Below, in pieces: positions 27,820-35,816 of a stretch of DNA of 35,816 bases; the first letter of the stretch is position 1, and the number at the start of each line of letters is the position of its first letter. Both the position numbers and the translations under genes were made by a program. The notes under the pieces were generated by a model that saw only the letters and a program-made list of their open reading frames with translations, did not search any database and was not told the origin of the DNA. This DNA comes from an uncultured Rhodopirellula sp. (GTDB lineage: Bacteria; Planctomycetota; Planctomycetia; Pirellulales; Pirellulaceae), in assembly GCA_964007735.1 (NCBI GenBank), contig CAXGAI010000047.1:1-35816 (forward strand). The letters are read 5' to 3'.

Positions 27820-29097
27820 ATGCCAATGTTTCAGTTCCGACCGGCGTTACTACTTGCCTGTTCTCTGGCAACCATAAATGTATTCGCTGGAGAACGACCA
27901 AATATTATTATCGTGATGGCGGATGATGTTGGATATGACGCGGTTGGAGCATATGGCGGCGAGTCCTACCCTACTCCGCATCTCGATAAGTTGGCAAAAT
28001 CCGGGATGAAGGGGATGCACTGCTATAGCATGCCGGTTTGCCACCCTACTCGGATTACCTTTATGACCGGAAGGTATCCAACCAATGTAAACAATCCGAA
28101 GTGGGGTTCGTTTCCTCAGCAGTTGGAAAAGCAAACCATTGCAGGGCTAATGCAAGGTGCTGGCTATCGCACCGTGGTCACAGGGAAATGGCAGTTGGCT
28201 TTGTTAAAGGACGACCCGCTGCAACCACATCGTATGGGCTTTGACCAATACTGTGTGTTCGGTTGGCACGAGGGACCTCGGTATTATTCTCCGATGGTCT
28301 ATGAGAATGGCGTCGTGAATAACGAGGCTCAGAAACAATTTGGTCCGGACGTGTACCGAGAGTTTCTTCAGGATTTCATTTTGGCAGATCAAGAGAAACC
28401 GTTCTTTGCCTTCTATTCGATGGCGCTTTGTCATGACGTGACAGATGACCTTCAGAAACCCGTGCCCTACTCACCGAGTGGTGAATACCTGACGTTTAAA
28501 GAAATGGCTGTCGAGATGGATCGGCAGGTTGGTTTGCTGGTTGAGTTTTTAGAGGAGCGTGAACTGAGAAGTGATACCTTGCTGATGTTCACGACAGATA
28601 ATGGAACGGCGGCGAGAAGTTGCTCCCATTTCGAAAATGGGAAGTATATTAAGCCACCGGTATTTTCAATGTTCCATGGTAAACGTCTTCAAGGCGGCAA
28701 GGGGAAATTAGACGATTCCGGAACGCGAGTTCCTTTGATCTTGAGTTGGCCTGGGGTGGTGAAACCGGGCACAACAACTGAGGCTTTAGTTGACATGTCA
28801 GATTTTTATGCGACGTGTGAAGAGTTGGCGGGTCAAGAAATCACCGAGGGTATAGATTCTCTTAGCTTTGTGCCCGCAATGTCTGGACGACCTGTTAGTC
28901 GTCGTTGGGCATATTCCGAAGGTCGTGGAGAGTATTGGGTTCGAGATCAGAAGTACAAACTCTACAGCAGCGGGCGATTTGTAGAAGTGGACCAGGTTAA
29001 TTTGGGAAAAGAGACCGCGTTGAAGGGTGTTCTTTCGATCCATGCTGCTCAAGCTTTGAAAAAACTGGAATCGGCGCGACCTCATCAACTTCGATAG
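27820..29097 (+). CDS. Sulfatase (S1, Cys-type), exported
   Basis: Start reassigned to ATG 27820. RPNIIIVMADDVG, CHPTR, GKWQL, TDNG and GTRVP. Confidence 0.92.
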   Translation: MPMFQFRPALLLACSLATINVFAGERPNIIIVMADDVGYDAVGAYGGESYPTPHLDKLAKSGMKGMHCYSMPVCHPTRITFMTGRYPTNVNNPKWGSFPQQLEKQTIAGLMQGAGYRTVVTGKWQLALLKDDPLQPHRMGFDQYCVFGWHEGPRYYSPMVYENGVVNNEAQKQFGPDVYREFLQDFILADQEKPFFAFYSMALCHDVTDDLQKPVPYSPSGEYLTFKEMAVEMDRQVGLLVEFLEERELRSDTLLMFTTDNGTAARSCSHFENGKYIKPPVFSMFHGKRLQGGKGKLDDSGTRVPLILSWPGVVKPGTTTEALVDMSDFYATCEELAGQEITEGIDSLSFVPAMSGRPVSRRWAYSEGRGEYWVRDQKYKLYSSGRFVEVDQVNLGKETALKGVLSIHAAQALKKLESARPHQLR

Positions 29098-29455
29098 AAC
29101 TTTGTCGGAATGCTTTCTGGCTCGAGAAAGTCGGCGTAGCCCCGAATTGAAGACGGGTTTTAACGGTTAGGTGCTTCTTTGGAACGCCCTTTAGACGGAA
29201 TCTCCGTAATATCCCGTACTTTTTAACGGTTTTTTGTGCTTAACGTGCTATTTTCGCAGTGTTAACTTAGTTCTTGTCCTGTGTGGTCGATAATCTAACA
29301 TATAAACATCTGACGATATGTTTGTGGTCTTCTAATTTTTTGGTAGGATATAAAACATATCGAAGATTTTCTGTTGGTACTGAAGAGCTCATTTTCCAGT
29401 CCCAAGTGAAAAACGGTACTAGTACTTTTCTATTTTCTTTTCGGAGTTTGGCATT

Positions 29456-30547
29456 ATGAAACGTTTAAATAAACGTGCAGGCTTCACGCTCGTAGAACTT
29501 TTGGTTGTGATAGCAATCATTGGTATCTTGGTAGCGTTGTTGCTCCCTGCAGTGTCAGCTGCTCGCGAAGCGGCTCGTAAGATGTCGTGCAGCAACAATC
29601 TCAAGCAGATTGGTCTCGCAATGCGTACGTATCACAATACGTACAATTCTTTACCAGCAAATGGTATGTATTTCTGGAATCGTCAGTCTAACAATGGGCA
29701 AAACTGGCATGGCGCTAGTAAGGGAAGCCCTTGGGTTAAGCTTCTGCCATTCATCGAGCAGGATCCGCTTTACAACACTTTTAATATGACTATATCCGGT
29801 CGTAAAAGCGGTAGTGTTCCCGGGCCATTTGGTGGTTCATGGAACAATTGGCCTCGGTTTGAAACCACACATGCGGTTAATCTCGAAAATACAAAGGCAA
29901 CTCGTTCGGAAATCATTCCGGTATTTATTTGCCCCTCCGCCAATGTTGATCCCCATGTGCACCGCACATGGTTCGATCGAGATCCTGTAATCAGCTGTTA
30001 CGGATATTCTATGGGTGCCCAACGAAGTAATTCTTGGCAAAACACTTGTGCCAGCTACCCCGGTAACATCTTCCAGACAGGCCCATCTAATCATGGAAAT
30101 GATGGTCGTGGCTTCCGTTTGTCTGGAGTGTTTGGGCGTGGTAACTGGGCTGCACGCTTTCGTGATGTCTCAGATGGTGAAAGCCAGGTGATTATGGTGG
30201 GTGAACTACTGCCACACAAATCAGATCACTATGTAAACGGCTGGGTTCATGCTAACGCAACTTGGTCTATGACAACGGCACCTTTGAACTTTCCAGTCGT
30301 AGGTGTTGGGGATCCCGGTTTCTCATGGAATCGAGCCAATCCTCCTCTCAACCCTAAGAATTGCTCACACTTTAAGAACTGGCAAACTAGCCAGGGCTTC
30401 AAGTCACAGCATAAGGGTGGAGCACAGTTTGTGTTGGTTGATGGTAGTGTTCAGTTCCTGAGCGAAAACATTGACTACATCACTTACAACCGACTTGGTG
30501 ACCGTCGTGACGGTGGCCCACTTGGTGAACAGTGGAAAAACAACTGA
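29456..30547 (+). CDS. DUF1559 protein with prepilin-type N-terminal cleavage/methylation site and H-X9-DG domain
   Basis: KRAG|FTLVELLVVIAIIGILVALLLPAV..AREAAR..C.NNLKQIGLA; FICPS; DG.S....GE; HKGGAQFVLVDGSV; GGAG RBS. Confidence 0.96.
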   Translation: MKRLNKRAGFTLVELLVVIAIIGILVALLLPAVSAAREAARKMSCSNNLKQIGLAMRTYHNTYNSLPANGMYFWNRQSNNGQNWHGASKGSPWVKLLPFIEQDPLYNTFNMTISGRKSGSVPGPFGGSWNNWPRFETTHAVNLENTKATRSEIIPVFICPSANVDPHVHRTWFDRDPVISCYGYSMGAQRSNSWQNTCASYPGNIFQTGPSNHGNDGRGFRLSGVFGRGNWAARFRDVSDGESQVIMVGELLPHKSDHYVNGWVHANATWSMTTAPLNFPVVGVGDPGFSWNRANPPLNPKNCSHFKNWQTSQGFKSQHKGGAQFVLVDGSVQFLSENIDYITYNRLGDRRDGGPLGEQWKNN

Positions 30548-30558
30548 TTTAGCGGTTG

Positions 30559-31374
30559 CTATCCGTTTACTACGCGGAGCATTTTGTCGTAGCCTTCGGC
30601 AACAACGTCGTAAGGGTTACCGGCCCAATGGTCTTCACGGAAGAGTTCTAGTGATAAGTAACCTTGATAACCGGTTTCCTCAATTAATTGTAGATATCGC
30701 CGTAAATCGAAGATTCCGTCACCGGGCCAGACACGGTCTTTATCGTGTTGTTGTTCACGTGGAGGATCTGCTGGCACATCGTTGAAGTGACTCACGGCAA
30801 TTTGTTGTGCTGTAAGTTTTGCAATCGATTCTAAGTCACCACCACCACGGAAAATATGAAAAGGGTCGAGGATCGTCGTTGCGTCGTCGCGGCCAGACTT
30901 TTTCATGATTTCGATAGCGTCCTCGATTGTATTGAGCTGTTCGACAAATCCTAGAAATTCCATCGCTGGTTTGACACCAAACTGGTCTCCCAATTCCAGC
31001 AGTTCACGATAGTGGGCCGCGCCGGTATCATAACACGCTTTACTACCAGGGGGTCCGGCAATCACGTGGGGAGCACCAACCGTTGAAGCTATTTCCAGCC
31101 TGCGTTTGATCTCATCCATGGCCACGGCATGAGCTTCACCTTCTGTGTCAAACCAGTCACCCAGGTAAATACATGTTGGTACTGCCAAGCCATTGTCATC
31201 CAGAGCCTTTTTGATATCTGCCGCACTACCCTTCCCTTCATTAATAAAGTCATCAATGTGATCAAACCAAAGTTCAAGGGCAGTAAATCCTGTTTTTTGA
31301 GCGACATCAATTTGGGTCATGATATCAGTGGTCATAATTGTGCTGGCATTCAGGCAGAGTTTCAAATTGGACAT
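30559..31374 (-). CDS. Sugar phosphate isomerase/epimerase (xylose isomerase-like TIM barrel)
   Basis: ELW, MEFLG, LDPFH, HFND, R.WPGDG and LSLELF metal-binding motifs. Confidence 0.9.
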   Translation of the reverse strand: MSNLKLCLNASTIMTTDIMTQIDVAQKTGFTALELWFDHIDDFINEGKGSAADIKKALDDNGLAVPTCIYLGDWFDTEGEAHAVAMDEIKRRLEIASTVGAPHVIAGPPGSKACYDTGAAHYRELLELGDQFGVKPAMEFLGFVEQLNTIEDAIEIMKKSGRDDATTILDPFHIFRGGGDLESIAKLTAQQIAVSHFNDVPADPPREQQHDKDRVWPGDGIFDLRRYLQLIEETGYQGYLSLELFREDHWAGNPYDVVAEGYDKMLRVVNG

Positions 31375-31507
31375 CGTATTGTTACTTCGCTATTTTATTT
31401 TTGTTGCTTGTAAGCTTTTATTCTAAATAATGAGGGCGATGTTCGCATCTAGGTTAGCTTTTGGCAATCCTATGCAATGATCTACGAATCTCGGATTACC
31501 CCCTCAG

Positions 31508-31597
31508 TGGTATAATGAATGTTTGCCCTAGTGTCTTTTACGGGAGTTCCTATAGATGCTGTTTCTCTGGTCACGGTAAATTCGTTTTTGGTAGAAT
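31508..31597 (+). promoter_or_regulatory. Two tandem extended -10 promoter-like elements upstream of the second DUF1501 gene
   Basis: TGGTATAAT at 31508-31516 and TGGTAGAAT at 31589-31597. Confidence 0.5.
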
Positions 31598-31634
31598 AAA
31601 GTTGATTAGGAAGCTGTTTTCCCAGGAAGAAAGT

Positions 31635-32987
31635 ATGTCTGACCGACCGATCAAGTTTTGCGATGGTTTTACTCGCCGCAATTTTCTGCAAATTGGCAGT
31701 ATGGCGATGGGGGGGGTGACACTCCCTCAGTTACTCCAGGCGCAGGCAGAAAACAGTGGACGTCTTGGGCATAAAGCTAATATTATGGTCTTTCTTGCCG
31801 GAGGTCCTCCACATTTGGACATGTTTGACATGAAGCCGGATGCACCCGAGGAGATTCGTGGTGAATTTTCACCCATCTCTACGTCAGTTCCCGGATTTCA
31901 AATATGTGAACATTTGCCACTGCTCGCTGCGCGAGCTCATCAGTATTCGATTGTTCGTTCGCTCTATGGTGCGGTCGATCGTCATGACATCTATCAGTGT
32001 TTGACGGGTAGAATTTTTAGCCCTAGTCAACCAGTAGGTGGCTGGCCGTGTCTGGGAAGTGTCGTCTCTAAGCTGAAAGGACATGCTCAACGAGGTGTTC
32101 CCCCGTTTGTGACGATGACTCCGAGAATGAAGTCATCGGGTTGGGGGCGTTTAGGACCCTCCGGTTTCCTTGGGAAGGCGCATGCTCCGTTTGCTCCGAT
32201 CGCTGATGGAGCGAATAGCCTGACTTTGCAGGGTATTGAAGCCGGACAGTTTTCAGGCCGCGCTCAGTTGCTTGCCAGCCTTGATGCGTTTAAAGAACAA
32301 GCCGGCAAAATCGCTGAATTTGACGGGGTTGATGCATTCACCGAGCAGGCCTTGGGGATTTTGACCTCCAGTAAATTAGCCAACGCCCTAGATATTACCA
32401 GAGAATCTCCCAGAACCCTTGAGCGGTATGGTGGAGGGTCTTATGAGAAGGCCGGTTACGGTGATGCCTCCCATCTGCATAATCATGATTTGATTGCTGC
32501 TCGGCGTTTAGTTGAAGCTGGTGTCCGAACGGTCACGGTAAATTACGGTCGTTGGGATTGGCATGGGCAGCCCCATGGAACTAACTTTGAAAACGCTCGT
32601 GATCACCTACCCTACTTTGATCGTGGAATCTCGGCCTTGATTGATGATTTACATGAACGTGGTTTAGATCGGGACGTATCAGTCATCGTTTGGGGAGAGT
32701 TTGGCAGAACCCCTAGAGTCAATGCTAAAGGTGGGCGGGATCACTGGCCCCGAGCAAACTTTGCCATGATGTTTGGTGGTGGTATTCTTCCTGGACGTGT
32801 CATTGGTTCGACAAATCATTACGGCGAAGAGCCTGAAGATCATCCTGTACATATGCAGGAAGTGTTTGCGACGCTTTATCATGCGATGGGTATTGATACC
32901 AATACAGCTACCGTCAATGACCTTCATGGAAGACCACGTTATCTAATCGACCACACGCTATACCATAAGATTGAAGAGTTGGTATAA
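31635..32987 (+). CDS. DUF1501 family protein (Tat-like signal), stand-alone copy
   Basis: Start reassigned to ATG 31635 (MSDRPIKFCDGFTRRNFL). GGPPHLDMFDMKP, ARRLVEAGV, WDWH, GEFGRTP and GRDHWP. Confidence 0.93.
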   Translation: MSDRPIKFCDGFTRRNFLQIGSMAMGGVTLPQLLQAQAENSGRLGHKANIMVFLAGGPPHLDMFDMKPDAPEEIRGEFSPISTSVPGFQICEHLPLLAARAHQYSIVRSLYGAVDRHDIYQCLTGRIFSPSQPVGGWPCLGSVVSKLKGHAQRGVPPFVTMTPRMKSSGWGRLGPSGFLGKAHAPFAPIADGANSLTLQGIEAGQFSGRAQLLASLDAFKEQAGKIAEFDGVDAFTEQALGILTSSKLANALDITRESPRTLERYGGGSYEKAGYGDASHLHNHDLIAARRLVEAGVRTVTVNYGRWDWHGQPHGTNFENARDHLPYFDRGISALIDDLHERGLDRDVSVIVWGEFGRTPRVNAKGGRDHWPRANFAMMFGGGILPGRVIGSTNHYGEEPEDHPVHMQEVFATLYHAMGIDTNTATVNDLHGRPRYLIDHTLYHKIEELV

Positions 32988-32996
32988 CGCATGCTT

Positions 32997-33878
32997 TCAA
33001 GCGAGAGTCCAATGTATCACGTTGCGGTCAAAGCTGCCTGATATCAAATGTTTGCTGTCTGGCGAGAATGCCAGGCTATAAACCGTGTTTGTATGCTGGT
33101 TCAGTTCGTTCTCCAGACGGAATGTTTCCAGATTCCAAAGGCATATTTTGGCATCCTGCCCACCACTCGCCAGCCATTTTCCGTCTGGCGAAAATACCAG
33201 CCCTCGAATGTAGCCTTTGTGCCCACGGAAATTGCCCTGGATTTTCCCGCTCGTTCGGTTCCATACGGATACTTTGCCGTCGCCGCCGGCAGTCGCAAAA
33301 ATGTCTGATACATGTTTGGCAAAGGCAACGGCATGGACCCCCCTCGTGTGGTGGATTTGTTTGAATTCCACTTCCCCGTCAGGATTCCAGATAAAAATCT
33401 CACCTTGCACGCTGCCAGATAAAATATGTTCCCCGTTGGAGCTGGTATCAAGGCTGTGACTTCTAGCCGTCATCCCAGAGATCTCCCGCGTTTGTCCGCC
33501 AATGGTCCAAATCCGAACTGACTTGTCAAAACCAGTACTTACAAAGTGTTTGCCATCTTTGCCAAGAAAAGCAACGCTTTGCACATAGTCACCGGAGCCA
33601 CCTAATGAAATTTCAGCTGTAAGGCTCGAAGTGTTAATGATCTTGACGACTTTATCTAGCCCGCCGGTGAGAATCTTTTGTCCGTTGGGTGAGAATCGCA
33701 CAGCAGAGACTCCATCGGCATGTAACTCAGTGTATTTGCGAACGGCCCAATTGGATGTATCCCATAGCAGAATGCGATGGCTTAGGCTGCCGGCGACGAT
33801 GTGCTTACCGTCAACGGAGTAGTCCACGCTATAGATAGCGTTCGTCGAACCATTGGGTAGTACTTTGTGCTTTATCAT
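32997..33878 (-). CDS. WD40-repeat protein (about 7 blades, no other domain)
   Basis: Repeats of H...V.S.AFS.DG..L.SG..D..V.W across 293 aa; an in-frame stop lies just upstream of ATG 33878. Confidence 0.9.
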   Translation of the reverse strand: MIKHKVLPNGSTNAIYSVDYSVDGKHIVAGSLSHRILLWDTSNWAVRKYTELHADGVSAVRFSPNGQKILTGGLDKVVKIINTSSLTAEISLGGSGDYVQSVAFLGKDGKHFVSTGFDKSVRIWTIGGQTREISGMTARSHSLDTSSNGEHILSGSVQGEIFIWNPDGEVEFKQIHHTRGVHAVAFAKHVSDIFATAGGDGKVSVWNRTSGKIQGNFRGHKGYIRGLVFSPDGKWLASGGQDAKICLWNLETFRLENELNQHTNTVYSLAFSPDSKHLISGSFDRNVIHWTLA

Positions 33879-33898
33879 TCTGTCTCATATGTGGACGA

Positions 33899-34945
33899 TT
33901 AGGCAGGGAATCCAGATTCCACCCCAAGCGACTCGCAAGTTTCCTGAATCATATCAACGGTGGTTTGGGAAAGTTCAATACCTTCGGCGCGGCGTTTAGC
34001 ACGCGTGTTAAATTCGATTTCACCAGGCATCAGGATTTTATTGTTTGTGTCAAATAGTTTGGCACTGCGTACATAATCGCAGTATCGATTGACCTCGTTA
34101 TAGAAGTAGTCTTCGCTCTGTAGTTTGCTTCGATCCATGATGATCGAAAGCATGCCGTTGGTGAGCACGTCGGCACGCTCCGGGTTAGTACAGGAACCCC
34201 CCGTCAAAGCGCCGGCCATCATCTCGATGATCATGCTAAGGGCATATCCCTTATGCCCCGCAATCGGCAGGATTGATCCCGCTGGCGGACCGTAGAATGT
34301 CTTTGGGTCAGTGGTGGGCTTTCCCTCACTGTCGATAATACACCCTTCAGGAACCTGTTTGCCGGCATGTAACGCGACCCGGATCTTACCCTCCGCGATA
34401 GTACAAGCGGACATATCGAGGATCAGCGGGAATTCATCATTGGTGGGTACTCCTGCGGCAAAAGGATTTGCAGATAACCTGCGTTCGATGGCTCCATAAG
34501 GTGCAACTAGATTGCCCATGCCACTGGTGTTCACAAAGTGTACCGAGACCATACCGGCCTCGGCACACATTTCAGGCCAGTCTCCGATCCGTCCAAGGTG
34601 AGCACTGTCTTTGAGCGCGATGACCGCGACACCATATTCTTTGGCTCGCTCAATCCCCAGATTCATTGCCTGCTCTCCAATCGACTGACCCAGACCAATC
34701 TTTCCGTCCACAACGACCATGGAACCATTGTCAGTTTCGATGCCGATGGTTTGATTAAGCTGAGTCTTATCTTCTTGAATCCATTTGATGTAAGTAGGGA
34801 TGCGAATCACTCCATGCGAATCGTGTCCTGACAGGTTTGCGTTGACGAGTCTTCGAGCCACGATATCAGCTTCAGCGTCATTCGATCCGACGGCTGAGAA
34901 GATTTGTCGGGTAAGGTCGGTGAGAAAGTCAGCCTGGAAAATCAT
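33899..34945 (-). CDS. Ldh_2 family (malate/lactate/ureidoglycolate dehydrogenase-like; resembles HcxB/YbiC)
   Basis: ANLSGHDSHG, HLGRIG, NPFA, LDMS, GK, GHKGYAL and PGE motifs. Confidence 0.92.
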   Translation of the reverse strand: MIFQADFLTDLTRQIFSAVGSNDAEADIVARRLVNANLSGHDSHGVIRIPTYIKWIQEDKTQLNQTIGIETDNGSMVVVDGKIGLGQSIGEQAMNLGIERAKEYGVAVIALKDSAHLGRIGDWPEMCAEAGMVSVHFVNTSGMGNLVAPYGAIERRLSANPFAAGVPTNDEFPLILDMSACTIAEGKIRVALHAGKQVPEGCIIDSEGKPTTDPKTFYGPPAGSILPIAGHKGYALSMIIEMMAGALTGGSCTNPERADVLTNGMLSIIMDRSKLQSEDYFYNEVNRYCDYVRSAKLFDTNNKILMPGEIEFNTRAKRRAEGIELSQTTVDMIQETCESLGVESGFPA

Positions 34946-34989
34946 AGGTGGTTACTTTCGGAAAGTTAGGGTTTGGGGACGGAGTGTTT

Positions 34990-35816
34990 TTATTTTACAC
35001 GAATAAGTTTTTGGAGAGCTGGCGAGTCTTTTGGAGATAGCCCTTTGCAACCACCGGCTGCCCAGACCACTTCCGTTAAATACAAGTCTCCCTTCGTATC
35101 AACTCGGATGTTGTGCGGAGCATAAAAGTCTCCCGCACCAGAGGTCGCATCCTTTCCGCCGATTTGGCAGAGGATATCGCCTTCCGGTGTTAACACCGAA
35201 AGGCGCCCCCCCGGAGCATCGTCATAAGGCGGTTTGTTGCCCGGAAACATCCCTGCTCGGTAGCCGAGTTCAAAAACGTAGACTTCACCATCGGGGCCGA
35301 AATCGAGAGACGCCGGACGGGCAAGCCCATCGATCTGGCGGATAAAGTCCCCTTCGGGGGTAAAGATCTGTAGGCGATCGTTTTCCCGGTCAGCTACCCA
35401 AATGTCCCCGTTACTACAGATGCGCAGGTCATGGGGAACTGCAAATTGTCCCGGCTTGTTCCCGGGATCGCCCCAGCTGCGGATGTGCACACCCTCGGCA
35501 TTGAAGTGGTGAATTCGAGCATTGCCATATCCGTCTGAAACATAAAAGCTTCTGTCCTCCGCCAAGACCAGATTGGTAGGGAAGTTGAATGGGCCTGCGG
35601 AGTATTTGATGTTTCGATAGTCAACATTGGTTGTACCCGTATCTGAGTGGACCCCCCGCTGGCCAAGGACAAAAAGAATGTTGCCGTTTAAGTCATACTT
35701 GGTAACAGTGTGTCCAAAGTCATCGGTGAGGAATACTTCGTCTTCCGGTGAAATCGTAATGCCGTGAGGACGAACGAAATTCGTTTCTCCCCAATCACCG
35801 ATATGATTTCCTTCCG
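34990..35816 (-). CDS. Peptidyl-alpha-hydroxyglycine alpha-amidating lyase (PAL)-like NHL-repeat protein, 5'-truncated
   Basis: Manual translation shows the frame is open to the window end: ...WGETNFVRPHGITISPEDEVFLTDDFGHTV...PFNFPTNLVLAEDRSFYVSDGYGNARIH...VPHDL...ADRENDR...APHNI. The ORF-track start at 35565 is internal. Confidence 0.85.
   Translation of the reverse strand, partial: EGNHIGDWGETNFVRPHGITISPEDEVFLTDDFGHTVTKYDLNGNILFVLGQRGVHSDTGTTNVDYRNIKYSAGPFNFPTNLVLAEDRSFYVSDGYGNARIHHFNAEGVHIRSWGDPGNKPGQFAVPHDLRICSNGDIWVADRENDRLQIFTPEGDFIRQIDGLARPASLDFGPDGEVYVFELGYRAGMFPGNKPPYDDAPGGRLSVLTPEGDILCQIGGKDATSGAGDFYAPHNIRVDTKGDLYLTEVVWAAGGCKGLSPKDSPALQKLIRVK

Noticed and set aside
21026..29097. 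Radical SAM + SDR + propeller run as a RiPP or natural-product cluster
   Set aside because: No precursor peptide, SPASM/RRE domain, carrier protein or exporter; the radical SAM belongs to the widespread TIGR01212 family.
29274..29459. 61-aa ORF overlapping the DUF1559 start as a leader peptide
   Set aside because: TTG start without an RBS and no regulatory codon cluster; AT-rich non-coding sequence is more parsimonious.
2610..31634. Long N-terminal extensions in the ORF track (starts 2610, 4580, 16737, 18752, 21954, 27727, 31461)
   Set aside because: Downstream ATGs give proper signal peptides, RBSs or family N-termini; the extensions run through promoters or overlap neighbouring genes.
596..35672. 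Many 60-155 aa alternative-frame and antisense ORFs in the track (e.g. 3264-3674, 6675-7085, 17371-17763, 22131-22595)
   Set aside because: They overlap well-supported genes and have no recognisable motifs, so they are expected shadow ORFs.
35394..35672. Possible frameshift or split in the NHL gene near the C6 run at 35652-35657
   Set aside because: Manual translation shows one continuous frame from the window end to the stop at 34990.
1..35816. tRNA, rRNA, CRISPR array, integrase, transposase or prophage
   Set aside because: No cloverleaf, regularly spaced repeats, terminal inverted repeats or recombinase ORFs were seen. Intergenic gaps are short (longest 358 bp).

Overview
A gene-dense bacterial chromosome segment, very likely from a planctomycete (Pirellulaceae-like). 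The taxonomic call rests on DUF1549/DUF1553, two DUF1501 proteins, a DUF1559 prepilin-like protein, two Cys-type sulfatases and a PQQ-like propeller. I support 31 CDS; the first and last are cut by the window edges. I see no tRNA, rRNA, CRISPR array, integrase or transposase. The content is mostly exported sugar-, sulfate-ester-, phosphate-ester- and peptide-processing enzymes. The best leads are: (1) the 5'-truncated ribonucleotide reductase beta subunit has Phe in place of the radical Tyr (EEAIHSHTF), the signature of a Chlamydia-type class Ic Mn/Fe R2c; (2) a PAL-like amidating-lyase propeller with its catalytic motifs intact sits in an apparent operon with an Ldh_2 dehydrogenase and a WD40 protein; (3) a tightly linked M24 peptidase-SDR-divergent MlrC cluster; (4) an HD-like DUF6817 protein and a PhoD with a large insertion in one co-directional run; (5) ApbE is divergent from a Tat-exported Gfo/Idh/MocA oxidoreductase; (6) a structured, repeat-containing leader lies upstream of the DUF1559 gene. 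All family assignments come from recognising motifs by eye, not from database searches.
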